Shown here piece after piece: positions 1-10,666 of a stretch of DNA of 64,000 nt. The notes below the pieces were generated by a model that saw only the letters and a program-made list of their open reading frames with translations, was not told the DNA's origin and ran no database searches. The stretch is taken from assembly GCA_944325255.1 (NCBI GenBank), contig CALUZH010000029.1, positions 11,448 to 75,447 on the forward strand. Reading direction: 5' to 3'. Every line of letters begins with the position of its first letter. The first letter of the stretch is position 1. Origin of the DNA: an uncultured Erysipelotrichaceae bacterium (GTDB lineage Bacteria > Bacillota_I > Bacilli_A > Erysipelotrichales > Erysipelotrichaceae). Position numbers and translations under genes: made by a program.

Positions 1-712
1 CATCAATGAGACCTAAATAACCGCCGTTAGAGGCACTGCCGTCATCGGAATATTCATAGGCGACATCGGCAAATTCTTCATTTTCTAAAGCACTTAAAAC
101 CTCATTGAGCTTAGCTTCTTCCTCGGCGGTAGGGTGGGCGGTTAAAGTAGTAGTGCCGTCTTCATTTTCTGTTTCTTCCACATCGGCCACACTGATTAAA
201 ATATGGGAAATCAGCCGCGGATTTTTTTCGGCAATATAAGGATCGACATATTCACTTTGATGTTGCATAAAATAGTCTTTGGATAATTGGACATTTTTTT
301 GAACATAAAGATAATAATCATCAAGTTCATCAATACCGTTAAAGCCCATGCTGCGCAAGTCGTTGGCGAGCGTATCTTCATCATACATGCTCAAAAGATA
401 TTGGGCATTGCTGGCTGCCAAGCTTTCCATTTCACTGGTGGTTTCAACGGCCTTATCGGTTACCAGACGATCTAAGGCCATGAAATTGCTGGTGAAGGCA
501 TAACGTGGTTTTAATTCTTCATAAAGATCATCAGCATAATAGTTTTCACCGTTAATACTATAGATCAATGATTTGTCATCAACGGTCAAAGCACTTATTT
601 CTTTTTCGGCATGTTGGGCACTATCGACGGCATAAAAGATAATGAAACCGACAGCCAAAACCGCCAAGACCATGATGAACCAATATTTTTTTATCAGTTC
701 TTTTGTTTGCAT
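1..712 (-). CDS. prsA: PrsA/SurA-like parvulin-type peptidyl-prolyl isomerase, membrane anchored; 3' end lies outside the window
   Basis: Minus-strand frame is open from ATG at 712 to the window edge (checked codon by codon, no stop). N-terminal TM helix KKYWFIMVLAVLAVGFIIFYAV. Parvulin motifs RLISHILI and SDDGSASNGGYLGLI. GGAGG lies just upstream. Absent from the ORF track because its stop is off-window. Confidence 0.6.
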   Translation of the reverse strand, partial: MQTKELIKKYWFIMVLAVLAVGFIIFYAVDSAQHAEKEISALTVDDKSLIYSINGENYYADDLYEELKPRYAFTSNFMALDRLVTDKAVETTSEMESLAASNAQYLLSMYDEDTLANDLRSMGFNGIDELDDYYLYVQKNVQLSKDYFMQHQSEYVDPYIAEKNPRLISHILISVADVEETENEDGTTTLTAHPTAEEEAKLNEVLSALENEEFADVAYEYSDDGSASNGGYLGLID

Positions 713-834
713 AAATCCTCCTTGTGTCACTTAACAATTATATATTATCGTTTTTTCTAATACAATTTATGCCCGATAAAAATTCAGATAAACTTCAGTC
801 TCAGAGCGTATTTGCCATGACTTTTTAGGGATTA

Positions 835-843
835 TGCTATAAT
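835..843 (+). promoter_or_regulatory. Extended -10 element TGCTATAAT upstream of sufC
   Basis: TGnTATAAT lies 27 nt before the sufC ATG. AGGAGGAAAGG SD follows. No convincing -35. Confidence 0.4.
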
Positions 844-869
844 CTTTTAAGATTAACAGGAGGAAAGGC

Positions 870-1694
870 ATGTCCCATTTATTAAAAATTGAAAATTTGC
901 ATGTGCAGGTAAATGATAAACATATCTTGAAAGGCTTGTCATTAGAAGCTAAAAGCGGAGAGATCCATGCGATTATGGGGCCAAACGGCAACGGTAAGTC
1001 GACGCTTTTACAAACCATTATGGGCAATCCTGATTATCTGGTGAGCGAAGGTTCCATCACTTTTGATGGTCAGGATGTATTAAAGATGCGGGTTGATGAA
1101 AGAAGTCGGGCCGGACTTTTTTTGGCGATGCAGTATCCCCAAGAGATTCCGGGAGTTACCAATTCGGATTTTTTGAGGGCGGCGATTAATGCCCGCAACG
1201 AAAAACCGATATCCCTTTTTTCTTTTATTAAGGAAATTGATACCAATATCAAGGCTTTACATATGAAGGAAGATTTGGCTCACCGTTTTGTCAACGACGG
1301 TTTTTCGGGCGGTGAAAAAAAGCGCAATGAGATTTTGCAAATGCTGATGCTTAAACCTAGCATTTGCATGTTGGATGAAATTGACAGCGGTCTAGATGTC
1401 GATGCGATAAAGCTTGTCTCTTCGGCGATTGAAGATTATTATGCCAAAAATGATTGTCTGATGCTGGTAGTATCCCATTATGAACGCTTTTTCACCATGA
1501 TCAAGCCGACTCATGCCCATGTCATTATTGATGGCAAGATTGTAGCTGAGGGCGATGCCAAACTGGTGGAAAAGATCGATAATGACGGTTATGATTGGCT
1601 ATATAAAGAACTTAATATTCATCCGGAGGTTGAGGTTAAACCCTTAGTTTATTCTTTAGGTTCTTGTGCTCATAATAAGGGGTTAAAGAAATGA
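870..1694 (+). CDS. sufC: Fe-S cluster assembly ATPase SufC
   Basis: Walker A GPNGNGKST, signature FSGGEKKR, Walker B MLDEIDSGLD. First gene of a sufCDSUB cluster. Confidence 0.95.
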   Translation: MSHLLKIENLHVQVNDKHILKGLSLEAKSGEIHAIMGPNGNGKSTLLQTIMGNPDYLVSEGSITFDGQDVLKMRVDERSRAGLFLAMQYPQEIPGVTNSDFLRAAINARNEKPISLFSFIKEIDTNIKALHMKEDLAHRFVNDGFSGGEKKRNEILQMLMLKPSICMLDEIDSGLDVDAIKLVSSAIEDYYAKNDCLMLVVSHYERFFTMIKPTHAHVIIDGKIVAEGDAKLVEKIDNDGYDWLYKELNIHPEVEVKPLVYSLGSCAHNKGLKK

Positions 1695-2440
1695 GCGATC
1701 TTTTAAGGCTTAATGATGATAAACCCCTAATGATCGATGGAAGTTTAAGTCATGATTTATTGCTTATCTTAAGCGGCAAAAAGGCCCATATCCGCTATAA
1801 CCTAAATGCTAAAGGACCTTGGCATATCTTTATTTTTCGGGAAAAAACGAATATATCTTTAATCGAAGAAGGTCTTATTAGTACCGACAGTGAGGTGCAT
1901 ATGGCCTATCTTGATTTGGCCAATGAAAGTTTTATACAAGAGAGTAAGTTTGCTGTTTTAAAAGGTGCAGGTCTTGATATTAAGTCAATTTATCTTGGCG
2001 ATAATAATAAAAATATCATCTTTGATATCAGCAATAAAGAAGCTGATACTAAGGTTAATATTGATAATTCGATTGTTGCCTTAAAAGACAGTGACTTTAA
2101 TATTAAGGTTATCGGCAATATTGTCAAAGGAGCCAAAGGGGCAATACATCATCAAAAAAGCCGTTGTTTGACCCTGGGACCGCTTAAAAGATCCTTGATC
2201 AGTCCGATATTAAATATTGATGAAAATGATGTTGAAGCATCACATGCCATGACCAGCGGTACCGTTGATGAAGAAATGTTATATTATATGAATGCCCGCG
2301 GTCTTGACCGTAATAAAGCTTTATCTTTGATGGTCGAAAGTTATTTAACTTACAGTGATGAATTATATAAAGACTTTGGCATAGCTGAAAATTGGCAAAA
2401 GGAATTTAAGGACAGGGAGGCAAATCTATGTTTGATGTAA
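1691..2440 (+). CDS. sufD: Fe-S cluster assembly protein SufD (short form, 249 aa)
   Basis: Position between sufC and sufS. C-terminal SufB/D-type region (EASHAMTSGTVDEEMLYYMNARGL). ATGA overlap with sufC. Confidence 0.8.
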   Translation: MSDLLRLNDDKPLMIDGSLSHDLLLILSGKKAHIRYNLNAKGPWHIFIFREKTNISLIEEGLISTDSEVHMAYLDLANESFIQESKFAVLKGAGLDIKSIYLGDNNKNIIFDISNKEADTKVNIDNSIVALKDSDFNIKVIGNIVKGAKGAIHHQKSRCLTLGPLKRSLISPILNIDENDVEASHAMTSGTVDEEMLYYMNARGLDRNKALSLMVESYLTYSDELYKDFGIAENWQKEFKDREANLCLM

Positions 2441-3651
2441 AAGCAATTCGTCGGGATTTCCCGATGTTTCAAAACAATCCCGAATTGATATATTTTGATT
2501 CGGCAGCGACTTCCTTTAAACCGCAAAAGGTCATTGATGCGGTAATGGACTACTATTGCAACAAGACCGTCAATATTCACCGTGGGGACTATGATTTGTC
2601 ATTTAATGTTTCCAATACTTATGAAGAGGCCAGAGAAGTAGCTCGGAAATTTATCAATGCCCAAAGCAGTGACGAAATCGTTTTTACAAACGGTGCTTCT
2701 TCGGCCTTAAATCTTGTGGCCTATGGTTATGGCCAAAAATATTTAACTGCTGATGATGTCATTCTTTCTTCCGAGGCAGAACATGCATCTAATATCTTGC
2801 CATGGTTCAGAGTAGCGGAAGTTACCGGTGCTAAAATTGAATATATTCCCTTAAGACCGGATGGCAGTTTTGATATTGAACTTTTTAAAAAGGCCATGCA
2901 TTCGGGTGTTAAGGTGGTAACCTTAGCCCAGGTTTCCAATGTCTTGGGCTATATCTTGCCGATGAAGGAAATCGCTAAGATTGCCCACAGTTATGGAGCG
3001 GTTGTCGTTTGTGACGGAGCTCAATCCGTACCGCATATCAAGACGGATGTCCAAGATACGGATATTGACTTTTTGGCCTTCAGCGGCCATAAGATGTGCG
3101 GTCCCAGCGGTGTTGGCGTCTTATATGGCAAATATGCCTTATTGGATAAGATGGATGCCTTTATGTTGGGTGGCGGGTCTAATGCTCGCTTTGATATATG
3201 CGGCAATATTCTTTTGAAAAAACCGCCATTTAAATTTGAAGCCGGTACTCCTTGTATCGAAGGAGTTTTGGGCTTAAAGGCCGCGATGGAATATTTAATG
3301 GATATCGGCATGGAAAATGTCGAAGCCAATGATAAAATGCTGGTACATTATTTAAGCTCGAAATTATTAGAACTGCCAAATATTGAACTTTATAATCCGC
3401 ATAGCGATTGTGCTATTTGTACCTTTAATGTTAAGGGCGTCTTTGCGCAAGATGCGGCCACTTATCTCAATACCAAGCATATCGCTGTCCGCTCGGGCAA
3501 CCATTGTGCCAAGATACTCTTGAATGTTATCGGAGCATCGGAAACCATTAGAGCTTCCATGTATCTTTATAATACCAAAGAAGAAATTGACCGCTTTGTT
3601 AAGGAAGTTGCGCAAATCGATCTTGATAAGTGTGTAGGAGTATTTTTATGA
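2428..3651 (+). CDS. sufS: Cysteine desulfurase SufS (class V aminotransferase)
   Basis: PLP-lysine motif SGHKMCGPSGVGVLYG, C-terminal active-site region RSGNHCA. Suf cluster context. Confidence 0.92.
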   Translation: MFDVKAIRRDFPMFQNNPELIYFDSAATSFKPQKVIDAVMDYYCNKTVNIHRGDYDLSFNVSNTYEEAREVARKFINAQSSDEIVFTNGASSALNLVAYGYGQKYLTADDVILSSEAEHASNILPWFRVAEVTGAKIEYIPLRPDGSFDIELFKKAMHSGVKVVTLAQVSNVLGYILPMKEIAKIAHSYGAVVVCDGAQSVPHIKTDVQDTDIDFLAFSGHKMCGPSGVGVLYGKYALLDKMDAFMLGGGSNARFDICGNILLKKPPFKFEAGTPCIEGVLGLKAAMEYLMDIGMENVEANDKMLVHYLSSKLLELPNIELYNPHSDCAICTFNVKGVFAQDAATYLNTKHIAVRSGNHCAKILLNVIGASETIRASMYLYNTKEEIDRFVKEVAQIDLDKCVGVFL

Positions 3652-4085
3652 TGGATGAAAACTTAAAAAGAACCATCTTGCTTGACCATTATTCGCATCC
3701 CCGCAATAAGGGATTAAGTGATGATCCGACATATCGCACCTTACATATGGCTTCCGATTCCTGTATCGATGATATCAAGGTACAGGTTAAGGTCAAGGAT
3801 GGCATCGTGGAAGATCTGCGCTTTGATGGGGTAGGATGCACCATCTCTTTTGCCTCGACTTCAATTTTTACCGAACTGTTAAAAGGCAAAAGTGTTAAAG
3901 AAGCCTTGGCCCTGATCGAAGAATATTATGCTATGCTCGATGAAAAGACTTATAATCCCGAAGATCTTGAAGAAGCTAATGCCTTTGATACCTTATATAA
4001 GCAAGCCAATCGGATTAAATGCGGTACTATCGGGGTTAAGGGAATAGAAGAATTGATTAGAGAAAGTGTCAAAAATGAAAAATAA
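3648..4085 (+). CDS. sufU: Zn-dependent sulfur transfer/scaffold protein SufU (IscU-like)
   Basis: [27 protein letters not shown], and C in RIKCG. ATG at 3648 has AGGAG 7 nt upstream and overlaps the sufS stop (ATGA). The track start at 3630 is a GTG without an SD. Confidence 0.9.
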   Translation: MMDENLKRTILLDHYSHPRNKGLSDDPTYRTLHMASDSCIDDIKVQVKVKDGIVEDLRFDGVGCTISFASTSIFTELLKGKSVKEALALIEEYYAMLDEKTYNPEDLEEANAFDTLYKQANRIKCGTIGVKGIEELIRESVKNEK

Positions 4086-5478
4086 AGCTATTATTGATAG
4101 TCAGGATAATTACCGTTATGATTTCAAAGATGCCGATACCAGTGTCTATAAGACACCTAAGGGCTTAAGTGAAGAGGTTATCCGGGCTATTTCTGCCCAT
4201 AAAAAGGAACCGGAATGGATGCTTGAGTATCGTTTAAAGGCCTATCATAAGTTTTTGTCGATGCCTAATCCTAATTTTGGACCGGATCTTTCAAATATCG
4301 ATTTTAATGATTTTACTTATTATATAAAACCTTCCGATAAGGTCGAAAAAGATTGGGACGATGTTCCGTCAACAATTAAGGAAACATTTGCCAAATTAAA
4401 GATTCCTGAAGCTGAAGCTAAATATTTAGCCGGGGTATCAACCCAATATGAATCGGAAGTTGTTTATCATAATATGCTTGAGGAAGTAGAAAAGGCCGGA
4501 GTTAAGTTTTATGATACCGATACGGCCCTTAAGCTTTGTCCTGATCTTTTTAAGGAATATTTCGGCAAGGTAGTATCTTATGCCGATAATAAATATGCCG
4601 CTTTAAATGCTGCTGTTTGGTCGGGCGGTTCCTTTATTTATGTTCCGAAAAATACCAAGCTTGAAAAACCTTTACAGTCATACTTCCGCATCAATTCCGA
4701 ATTGATGGGCCAATTTGAAAGAACACTCATTATTGTTGATGAAGGCAGTGACTTGCATTATGTAGAAGGCTGTACGGCTCCGCGTTATTCAAAAGATTCC
4801 CTGCATGTGGCAGTCGTGGAAATATATGTCAAAAAGGGTGCTAAATGTCGCTATTCGACAGTCCAAAACTGGTCGAGCAACATTCTCAATCTGGTTACTA
4901 AAAGAGCTTATGTTGAAGAAGCAGGCATGATGGAATGGATTGACGGCAATATCGGTTCGCATTTAAATATGAAATATCCTTGTTGCATCTTGGGTGGTCC
5001 ATATGCCAAAGGAGTATGTATCTCGGTAGCTGTGGCAACAGCTAATCAGTATCAAGATGCCGGAGCGAAGATGATTCATTTGGCTCCGCATACTTCCAGT
5101 ACGATTATCTCCAAGTCTCTGGCTCGTAAAGGGGGCAAGGTCAATTATCGGGGACAGGTATATATAAATGCCAATGCCCAATATTCCAAAGCTAAGGTGG
5201 AATGTGATACTTTGATTTTAGATGCTGAATCATCAAGCGATACCATTCCAAGCAATATTATGGCTAATGATTCTTCAACTCTCGAACATGAAGCGACAGT
5301 ATCGAAAATATCCGATGCCCAATTATTCTATTTAATGTCTCGGGGTTTGTCTGAAGAAGAGGCCTCACAGATGATTGTCATGGGCTTTATTGAACCCTTC
5401 ACCAGAGAATTGCCAATGGAATATGCCGTTGAATTAAATCAACTATTAAAAATCAATATGGAAGGTTCGATCGGTTAA
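4066..5478 (+). CDS. sufB: Fe-S cluster assembly scaffold SufB
   Basis: 470 aa, typical SufB C-terminal half ([26 protein letters not shown]). Last gene of the suf cluster. Start could also be the ATG at 4075. Confidence 0.95.
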   Translation: MSKMKNKAIIDSQDNYRYDFKDADTSVYKTPKGLSEEVIRAISAHKKEPEWMLEYRLKAYHKFLSMPNPNFGPDLSNIDFNDFTYYIKPSDKVEKDWDDVPSTIKETFAKLKIPEAEAKYLAGVSTQYESEVVYHNMLEEVEKAGVKFYDTDTALKLCPDLFKEYFGKVVSYADNKYAALNAAVWSGGSFIYVPKNTKLEKPLQSYFRINSELMGQFERTLIIVDEGSDLHYVEGCTAPRYSKDSLHVAVVEIYVKKGAKCRYSTVQNWSSNILNLVTKRAYVEEAGMMEWIDGNIGSHLNMKYPCCILGGPYAKGVCISVAVATANQYQDAGAKMIHLAPHTSSTIISKSLARKGGKVNYRGQVYINANAQYSKAKVECDTLILDAESSSDTIPSNIMANDSSTLEHEATVSKISDAQLFYLMSRGLSEEEASQMIVMGFIEPFTRELPMEYAVELNQLLKINMEGSIG

Positions 5479-5503
5479 GAAGCTTGATTCAAGCTTCTTT
5501 TTT
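5478..5503 (+). terminator. Intrinsic terminator after sufB
   Basis: 9-bp stem AGAAGCTTG / CAAGCTTCT, loop ATT, followed by a T-run. Confidence 0.7.
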
Positions 5504-5517
5504 GTTGCTTCATTCTT

Positions 5518-5523
5518 TATAAT
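5518..5523 (+). promoter_or_regulatory. TATAAT hexamer 6 nt upstream of the priA ATG (possible leaderless start)
   Basis: TATAAT-taaatt-ATG. No SD, no TG extension, no clear -35. Confidence 0.3.
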
Positions 5524-5529
5524 TAAATT

Positions 5530-7686
5530 ATGTATCTTTTAGATGTCTATGTTCCCAATGCCAATTTAAAAGTAGATCGGACCTTTACATATTACAGTGA
5601 AGTAAAACCCTTGCTTTATGCTCGTGTAAAGATAAATTTTCATGGTGCTTTTACTTATGGTTTAGTTTATAAGATTACAGAAATTCATGGTGATATTAAA
5701 GAAATTGCCGCTCAAAGAGGCTATGAAATATTAAAGATTCTTGAAATTGTCGATGACAAGCCTTATATCAATGATAAACAAATAGAACTGGCTAAGTGGC
5801 TGGCTAAAACGACGATTTCTCCTTTTGTATCCTGTCTTAATTTATTGCTTCCCAAATCTTTAAAAGTCAGTAAGAAAATCGTTCATGAAAAAACGCAAGC
5901 TTTAGTTTATAAACAAGCAGGCCAAGGGGTTTTGACTCCTAAACAAAAAGCGATATGGGATAAGATTAATGATGGTGAGCTTTTGAGTGAAGTTCGCAAG
6001 TATTCGCCTTCAATTGTCAATAAGCTGATTAAGATGGCTTATTTGGATGTGCAAAATAAACCTTTGACTTATAAAAATAAGGCAAGTGACAGCCAAGAAT
6101 TTTTTAAAACCTTAAATGATGAACAAGCTATGGCCTATAATGGCATTATTGACACAAACAAGACAATATCTTTACTTTTTGGGGTAACCGGCTCCGGCAA
6201 GACGGAAGTATATCTGCATTTAGCCCGCTATTATCTTTATTTAGGCAAACAGGTATTGATTTTGGTACCGGAGATTGCCCTTACTCCGCAAATGATTAAA
6301 AGGGTGAAGGATCGCTTTGCCGATGTGATTTTTTATCATTCGGCACTTACTCATAATGAAAGGGAAATCCAATATCGACGCTTGCAAAATAAGGAAGCAT
6401 CGATTGTTGTGGGGACACGTTCGGCGGTTTTTTTGCCCTTTGATAATTTAGGACTTATTATTCTTGATGAGGAACATGATTCTTCTTATAAACAGGAAAA
6501 TATTCCGCTGTATCATACTAAAAATGTCGCTTATAAATTGGCGATGATGTTTGCGGCAAAAGTTCTTTTGGCTTCGGCTACCCCCTCGCTTGAAAGTTAT
6601 ACCCATGCCTTAAGAGGGGATTATGCTTTTTTTAAATTAACTAAGCGGATTAATTGTACCTTGCCGTTAGTGGAAATTGTCGATCTTAATAAGGAAATAA
6701 GAAGTCATGGTTCTTATATCATCGCCCATGATTTAAAAAAAGCTATTGAAGATGTCTTGTCTTTAAATCATCAGGTTATTATTCTTTTAAATCGGCGTGG
6801 TTATGCACCGATTGTAAAATGCGGACATTGCGGGGCGACACTGATGTGTGATGATTGTGATATTCCTTTAAGTTATCATCAAGACGAGGGTCTTTTAAAG
6901 TGTCATCGTTGCGGAAGGACTTATCCGATAGCTAAAACTTGTCCGACTTGCGGCCATAGTGAGCTTTCTTTTTATGGCTTTGGCACAAAGAAAGTGGAGA
7001 TGGAATTAAAAAGATTATTTCCGATGGCTAAAGTTGCCCGCATGGATCATGATTCAACCCGTTTAAAAGGCGCTCATGAAGCGATTTTAAAGGCTTTTGC
7101 CAAACATGATATCGATATTCTCATTGGTACGCAAATGATTGCCAAGGGCCTTGATTTCCCTTTGGTGGAGCTTGTCGGCATCTTGAATGCTGATGCCGGT
7201 CTGATGCATCAAGACTATAATGCGGCCAAGATGACCTTTGATTTATTGATGCAGGCATCCGGTCGCAGCGGTCGCGCTAATATTGCCGGCAAAGTCATTA
7301 TTCAAGCCTTTAATCCTGATCATTATGTCTTAAAAGCTGTTGTTATGCAGGATTATAATTATTTTTATAATATCGAAATGAATTATCGAAGACTCGCCAA
7401 ATATCCGCCATATTCCCATATTGTAGCCATCTATATCAGTGATAAAAATACTAACAATCTAACTAAGAGCCTTGATATTTTGGATGACTTATTAAGCGAT
7501 GCTCCTTTCCGGCTGTTTAAGGCTATAAATATCGGAAAACTCGGGGGTATTTGTCGCTATCGTGCTATGCTGATGGATAAAGATCTTATTGCCATGCTTA
7601 ATTATCTGCATCCTCTGGTCGCCGATTATATCAAAAAAGCCACAGCCAATATTAAAATTGATATTGATCCCTTATATTTGGAGTAG
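5530..7686 (+). CDS. priA: Primosomal replication restart helicase PriA
   Basis: Walker A GVTGSGKTEVY, DEEHD box, Cys-rich Zn region CGHCGATLMCDDCDIPLSYH...CHRCG...CPTCG. Confidence 0.93.
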   Translation: MYLLDVYVPNANLKVDRTFTYYSEVKPLLYARVKINFHGAFTYGLVYKITEIHGDIKEIAAQRGYEILKILEIVDDKPYINDKQIELAKWLAKTTISPFVSCLNLLLPKSLKVSKKIVHEKTQALVYKQAGQGVLTPKQKAIWDKINDGELLSEVRKYSPSIVNKLIKMAYLDVQNKPLTYKNKASDSQEFFKTLNDEQAMAYNGIIDTNKTISLLFGVTGSGKTEVYLHLARYYLYLGKQVLILVPEIALTPQMIKRVKDRFADVIFYHSALTHNEREIQYRRLQNKEASIVVGTRSAVFLPFDNLGLIILDEEHDSSYKQENIPLYHTKNVAYKLAMMFAAKVLLASATPSLESYTHALRGDYAFFKLTKRINCTLPLVEIVDLNKEIRSHGSYIIAHDLKKAIEDVLSLNHQVIILLNRRGYAPIVKCGHCGATLMCDDCDIPLSYHQDEGLLKCHRCGRTYPIAKTCPTCGHSELSFYGFGTKKVEMELKRLFPMAKVARMDHDSTRLKGAHEAILKAFAKHDIDILIGTQMIAKGLDFPLVELVGILNADAGLMHQDYNAAKMTFDLLMQASGRSGRANIAGKVIIQAFNPDHYVLKAVVMQDYNYFYNIEMNYRRLAKYPPYSHIVAIYISDKNTNNLTKSLDILDDLLSDAPFRLFKAINIGKLGGICRYRAMLMDKDLIAMLNYLHPLVADYIKKATANIKIDIDPLYLE

Positions 7687-7688
7687 TT

Positions 7689-8888
7689 ATGCAACAAAGA
7701 GAATTAGCTTATCAAATTTTAAAATCATGTCTTTTAAACGGGGCCTATGCCCAGCTTGAAATGCAAAAACATCTTCGACTTTTGCCAAGCCTTAAGCGGC
7801 CTTTGGTAACCGAATTAGTCAATGGGGTCTTACGCCATTATTTGGAGCTTACAGCCCAGTTTATAAAGCTGGCTCAAAAAACCAATGAGCATTTGAAAAT
7901 TCTTTTGGCTATGGCCTTATATGAACGCTTTTTTATGCAACAAAAAGATTATGTCATCTTAAGTGAATATCCTAAGCTCCTCAATAAGAAGGGGGAAAAG
8001 GCCTTTGTCACTGCCTTATTAAAAAAGCTTGATACTTATCAGGAATATCTGGGTGATGATGATGAAAGTCTCAGTATTCACTATTCGATGCCCTTATGGA
8101 TCGTTAAATTAATAAGACGGCAATATGGTGATGAAATCTTGCTTAAGGTCTTAAAGGAAAGCACAAGCATTCCTAAACTTTTTTATCGGCTGAATTTTAA
8201 GCGCTATGATAAAAATGAACTAGCCGGTATTACTTTTCTCAATGCTGAAACCTTTGTCTTTGAACATAATCTTTTAAATACCCAAGCTTTTGAAAGGGGA
8301 ATGTTTTATGTTCAGGATATCAACAGTGCCAAGCTTTGGCATTATCTTGATTTAAATCAGGGGCAAAGCCTTCTTGATATGTGTGCAGCTCCCGGCGGCA
8401 AGCTTTTTAATTGCCTTGATATCATAAATCCGCAAGATGCCTATGCCAATGACATTCATGCTCATCGGGTTGATTTGATGCGCAAACAAGCTCATAAATT
8501 AGGCTTTGCCGGGATTAATTTTCTAAATTATGATGCCGCTCAACTGCATAAGCATCTTTCGATTAAATTTGATCGTATTCTTTTGGATGCTCCATGTTCC
8601 GGCCTGGGCGTCATGAAACGTAAACCGGACCTGCGCTATCATATAAGACCTGAAGATCTCGATGATTTATTGCCTTTGCAAAAAGCTTTGCTCGAAGAGG
8701 GCCAAAGACTTTTAAAAAGCGGGGGAATTTTAGTTTATTCGACCTGTACTTTAAATCGTAAAGAAAATGACGGTCAAATTAAAAACTTTTTAAAAAATCA
8801 TGAAGATTTTAAATTAATGGAAGAAAAGTGTCTATTGTTTGAAGAGGGGGGCGATGCATTTTATGTCGCTAAACTCCTTAAAGCCTAG
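7689..8888 (+). CDS. rsmB: 16S rRNA m5C967 methyltransferase RsmB (Sun)
   Basis: N-terminal NusB-like domain, SAM motif DMCAAPGGK, catalytic DAPCSGLGV and YSTCT. Conserved position before rlmN. Confidence 0.85.
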   Translation: MQQRELAYQILKSCLLNGAYAQLEMQKHLRLLPSLKRPLVTELVNGVLRHYLELTAQFIKLAQKTNEHLKILLAMALYERFFMQQKDYVILSEYPKLLNKKGEKAFVTALLKKLDTYQEYLGDDDESLSIHYSMPLWIVKLIRRQYGDEILLKVLKESTSIPKLFYRLNFKRYDKNELAGITFLNAETFVFEHNLLNTQAFERGMFYVQDINSAKLWHYLDLNQGQSLLDMCAAPGGKLFNCLDIINPQDAYANDIHAHRVDLMRKQAHKLGFAGINFLNYDAAQLHKHLSIKFDRILLDAPCSGLGVMKRKPDLRYHIRPEDLDDLLPLQKALLEEGQRLLKSGGILVYSTCTLNRKENDGQIKNFLKNHEDFKLMEEKCLLFEEGGDAFYVAKLLKA

Positions 8889-8901
8889 TATAATAAAGAG
8901 A

Positions 8902-9936
8902 ATGAAACAGGCTATTTATGATTTGAGTTTTGAAGATTTGGAAAATTATCTTGTGGCTGTCGGCAGCAAGAAATTTCATGCCAAGCAGATCTTTAAGTGG
9001 CTCTATGAAAAACGGATTGACGATTTCGCTTTAATGAGCGATCTTTCGCATAATTTGATTGCTAAACTTAAGGAAGATTTTACTATTCCAAGTTTGGAAC
9101 TGGTGACCAAGCAAGTAGCATCCGATGGAACGGTCAAATATCTTTTTAAGTTATTTGACGGATCCTTAATCGAGAGTGTTTTGATGGTTTTTGATTATGG
9201 CTACAGCGCTTGTCTATCAACGCAGGTTGGCTGCAATATGGGCTGCACTTTTTGTGCCAGCGGTCTTTTTAAGAAAAGACGTGATTTGACGGTTGGGGAG
9301 ATTGTTCTGGAAGTATTGACCATGCAAAAATATCTTGATGAAGAGGGTGAACGTTTAGGTAATCTGGTCTTAATGGGAACGGGTGAACCCTTTGATAATT
9401 ATGATAATGTCATGAAAGCTTTAGGAATTATCAATCATCCATATGCCTTAGAAATCGGTGCTCGCCATATATCGATTTCAACATGCGGACTGGTACCGAT
9501 GATATATCGTTTCGCTGATGAAGATGTTCAATATAATTTGGCCATATCCTTGCATGCATCAAATGATGAATTAAGATCATCATTAATGCCGATAGCCAAG
9601 GCTTATTCGCTTAATGAACTATTTGGAGCTTTAAAATATTATAGTCAAAAACATCATCGCCGTTTAACTTTTGAATATTTACTTTTGGCCGGTATCAATG
9701 ATCAGGAAAAAAATGCTGATGAATTGAAACAATTGATGCAAGGCATTAACGGATATATTAATCTCATTCCCTACAATAATGTAAAGGAAAAAGACTTCCG
9801 CTCTTCTTCCAATAAGGCAACTTTACATTTTTATGATTTGCTTAAAAAACGCGGTATAGCTGTCACTTTGCGGCAAAAAAAGGGTGATGACATTGATGCG
9901 GCTTGCGGCCAATTACGGGCCGATTATGAAGGTTAG
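8902..9936 (+). CDS. rlmN: Radical SAM 23S rRNA/tRNA A-C2 methyltransferase RlmN
   Basis: CNMGCTFCAS radical-SAM cluster, C-terminal DAACGQL. ATG at 8902 (MKQAIYDLSFEDL) chosen over the track start 8839, which overlaps rsmB. Confidence 0.9.
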   Translation: MKQAIYDLSFEDLENYLVAVGSKKFHAKQIFKWLYEKRIDDFALMSDLSHNLIAKLKEDFTIPSLELVTKQVASDGTVKYLFKLFDGSLIESVLMVFDYGYSACLSTQVGCNMGCTFCASGLFKKRRDLTVGEIVLEVLTMQKYLDEEGERLGNLVLMGTGEPFDNYDNVMKALGIINHPYALEIGARHISISTCGLVPMIYRFADEDVQYNLAISLHASNDELRSSLMPIAKAYSLNELFGALKYYSQKHHRRLTFEYLLLAGINDQEKNADELKQLMQGINGYINLIPYNNVKEKDFRSSSNKATLHFYDLLKKRGIAVTLRQKKGDDIDAACGQLRADYEG

Positions 9937-9939
9937 GAT

Positions 9940-10665
9940 ATGGAATTTTTTTCTTTGACCGATGTCGGCTTAGTCCGTGATAAGAATCAAGACAGTTATA
10001 TGACAGTCTATAATGCCTATGGTGATTTTATGGCCATAGTTTGTGACGGGGTTGGCGGCAATCGGGCCGGTGAAGTAGCTTCGGGTGAAAGTATTAAATA
10101 TTTCTTAGATCAATTCAGCCAAAGCGGACCCTTTGATAACGAAAAAGATGTCGTCAATTTTCTATATCATAGTTTTAAAGCTGTTAACCGTCATATCTTT
10201 AAATTAGCTTCCTCATCCACTTTATATCGGGGCATGGGTACTACTTTAAGCGGTATTTTTATCGGTCAGGCCGGAATTTTTACGATTAATATCGGTGACA
10301 GTCGGGTTTATGGTTTTAAAGATCAAAGAATCTTTCGCTTAACCGAAGACCATAGCCTGGTAAATGAACTTTTAAAAAGCGGACAGATTACTTATGAAGA
10401 AAGTCTCAACCATCCGAAACGTCATTATTTGATGAAGGCCGTCGGTATTTGGGAAGATGTCAGTGCTGATATTGCCAAAGTCCCGCCGATGACCTACTAT
10501 TTGGTTTCCAGTGACGGCTTACATGCCTATGTAAGTGATGAAGAGATTAATGCGATCATGATAGATGAGGACTTGAATATCTTGCAAAAAACCAAACATT
10601 TGATGCAGGCAGCCCTTTTAAAAGGCGGAAAAGATAATATCACGATAGTGATAATTAAGAGGTAA
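9940..10665 (+). CDS. prpC: PP2C-family Ser/Thr protein phosphatase
   Basis: VCDGVGG, SDGL, KGGKDNITIV motifs. Immediately upstream of the PASTA kinase, as in the B. subtilis prpC-prkC pair. Confidence 0.88.
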   Translation: MEFFSLTDVGLVRDKNQDSYMTVYNAYGDFMAIVCDGVGGNRAGEVASGESIKYFLDQFSQSGPFDNEKDVVNFLYHSFKAVNRHIFKLASSSTLYRGMGTTLSGIFIGQAGIFTINIGDSRVYGFKDQRIFRLTEDHSLVNELLKSGQITYEESLNHPKRHYLMKAVGIWEDVSADIAKVPPMTYYLVSSDGLHAYVSDEEINAIMIDEDLNILQKTKHLMQAALLKGGKDNITIVIIKR

Positions 10666-10666
10666 T

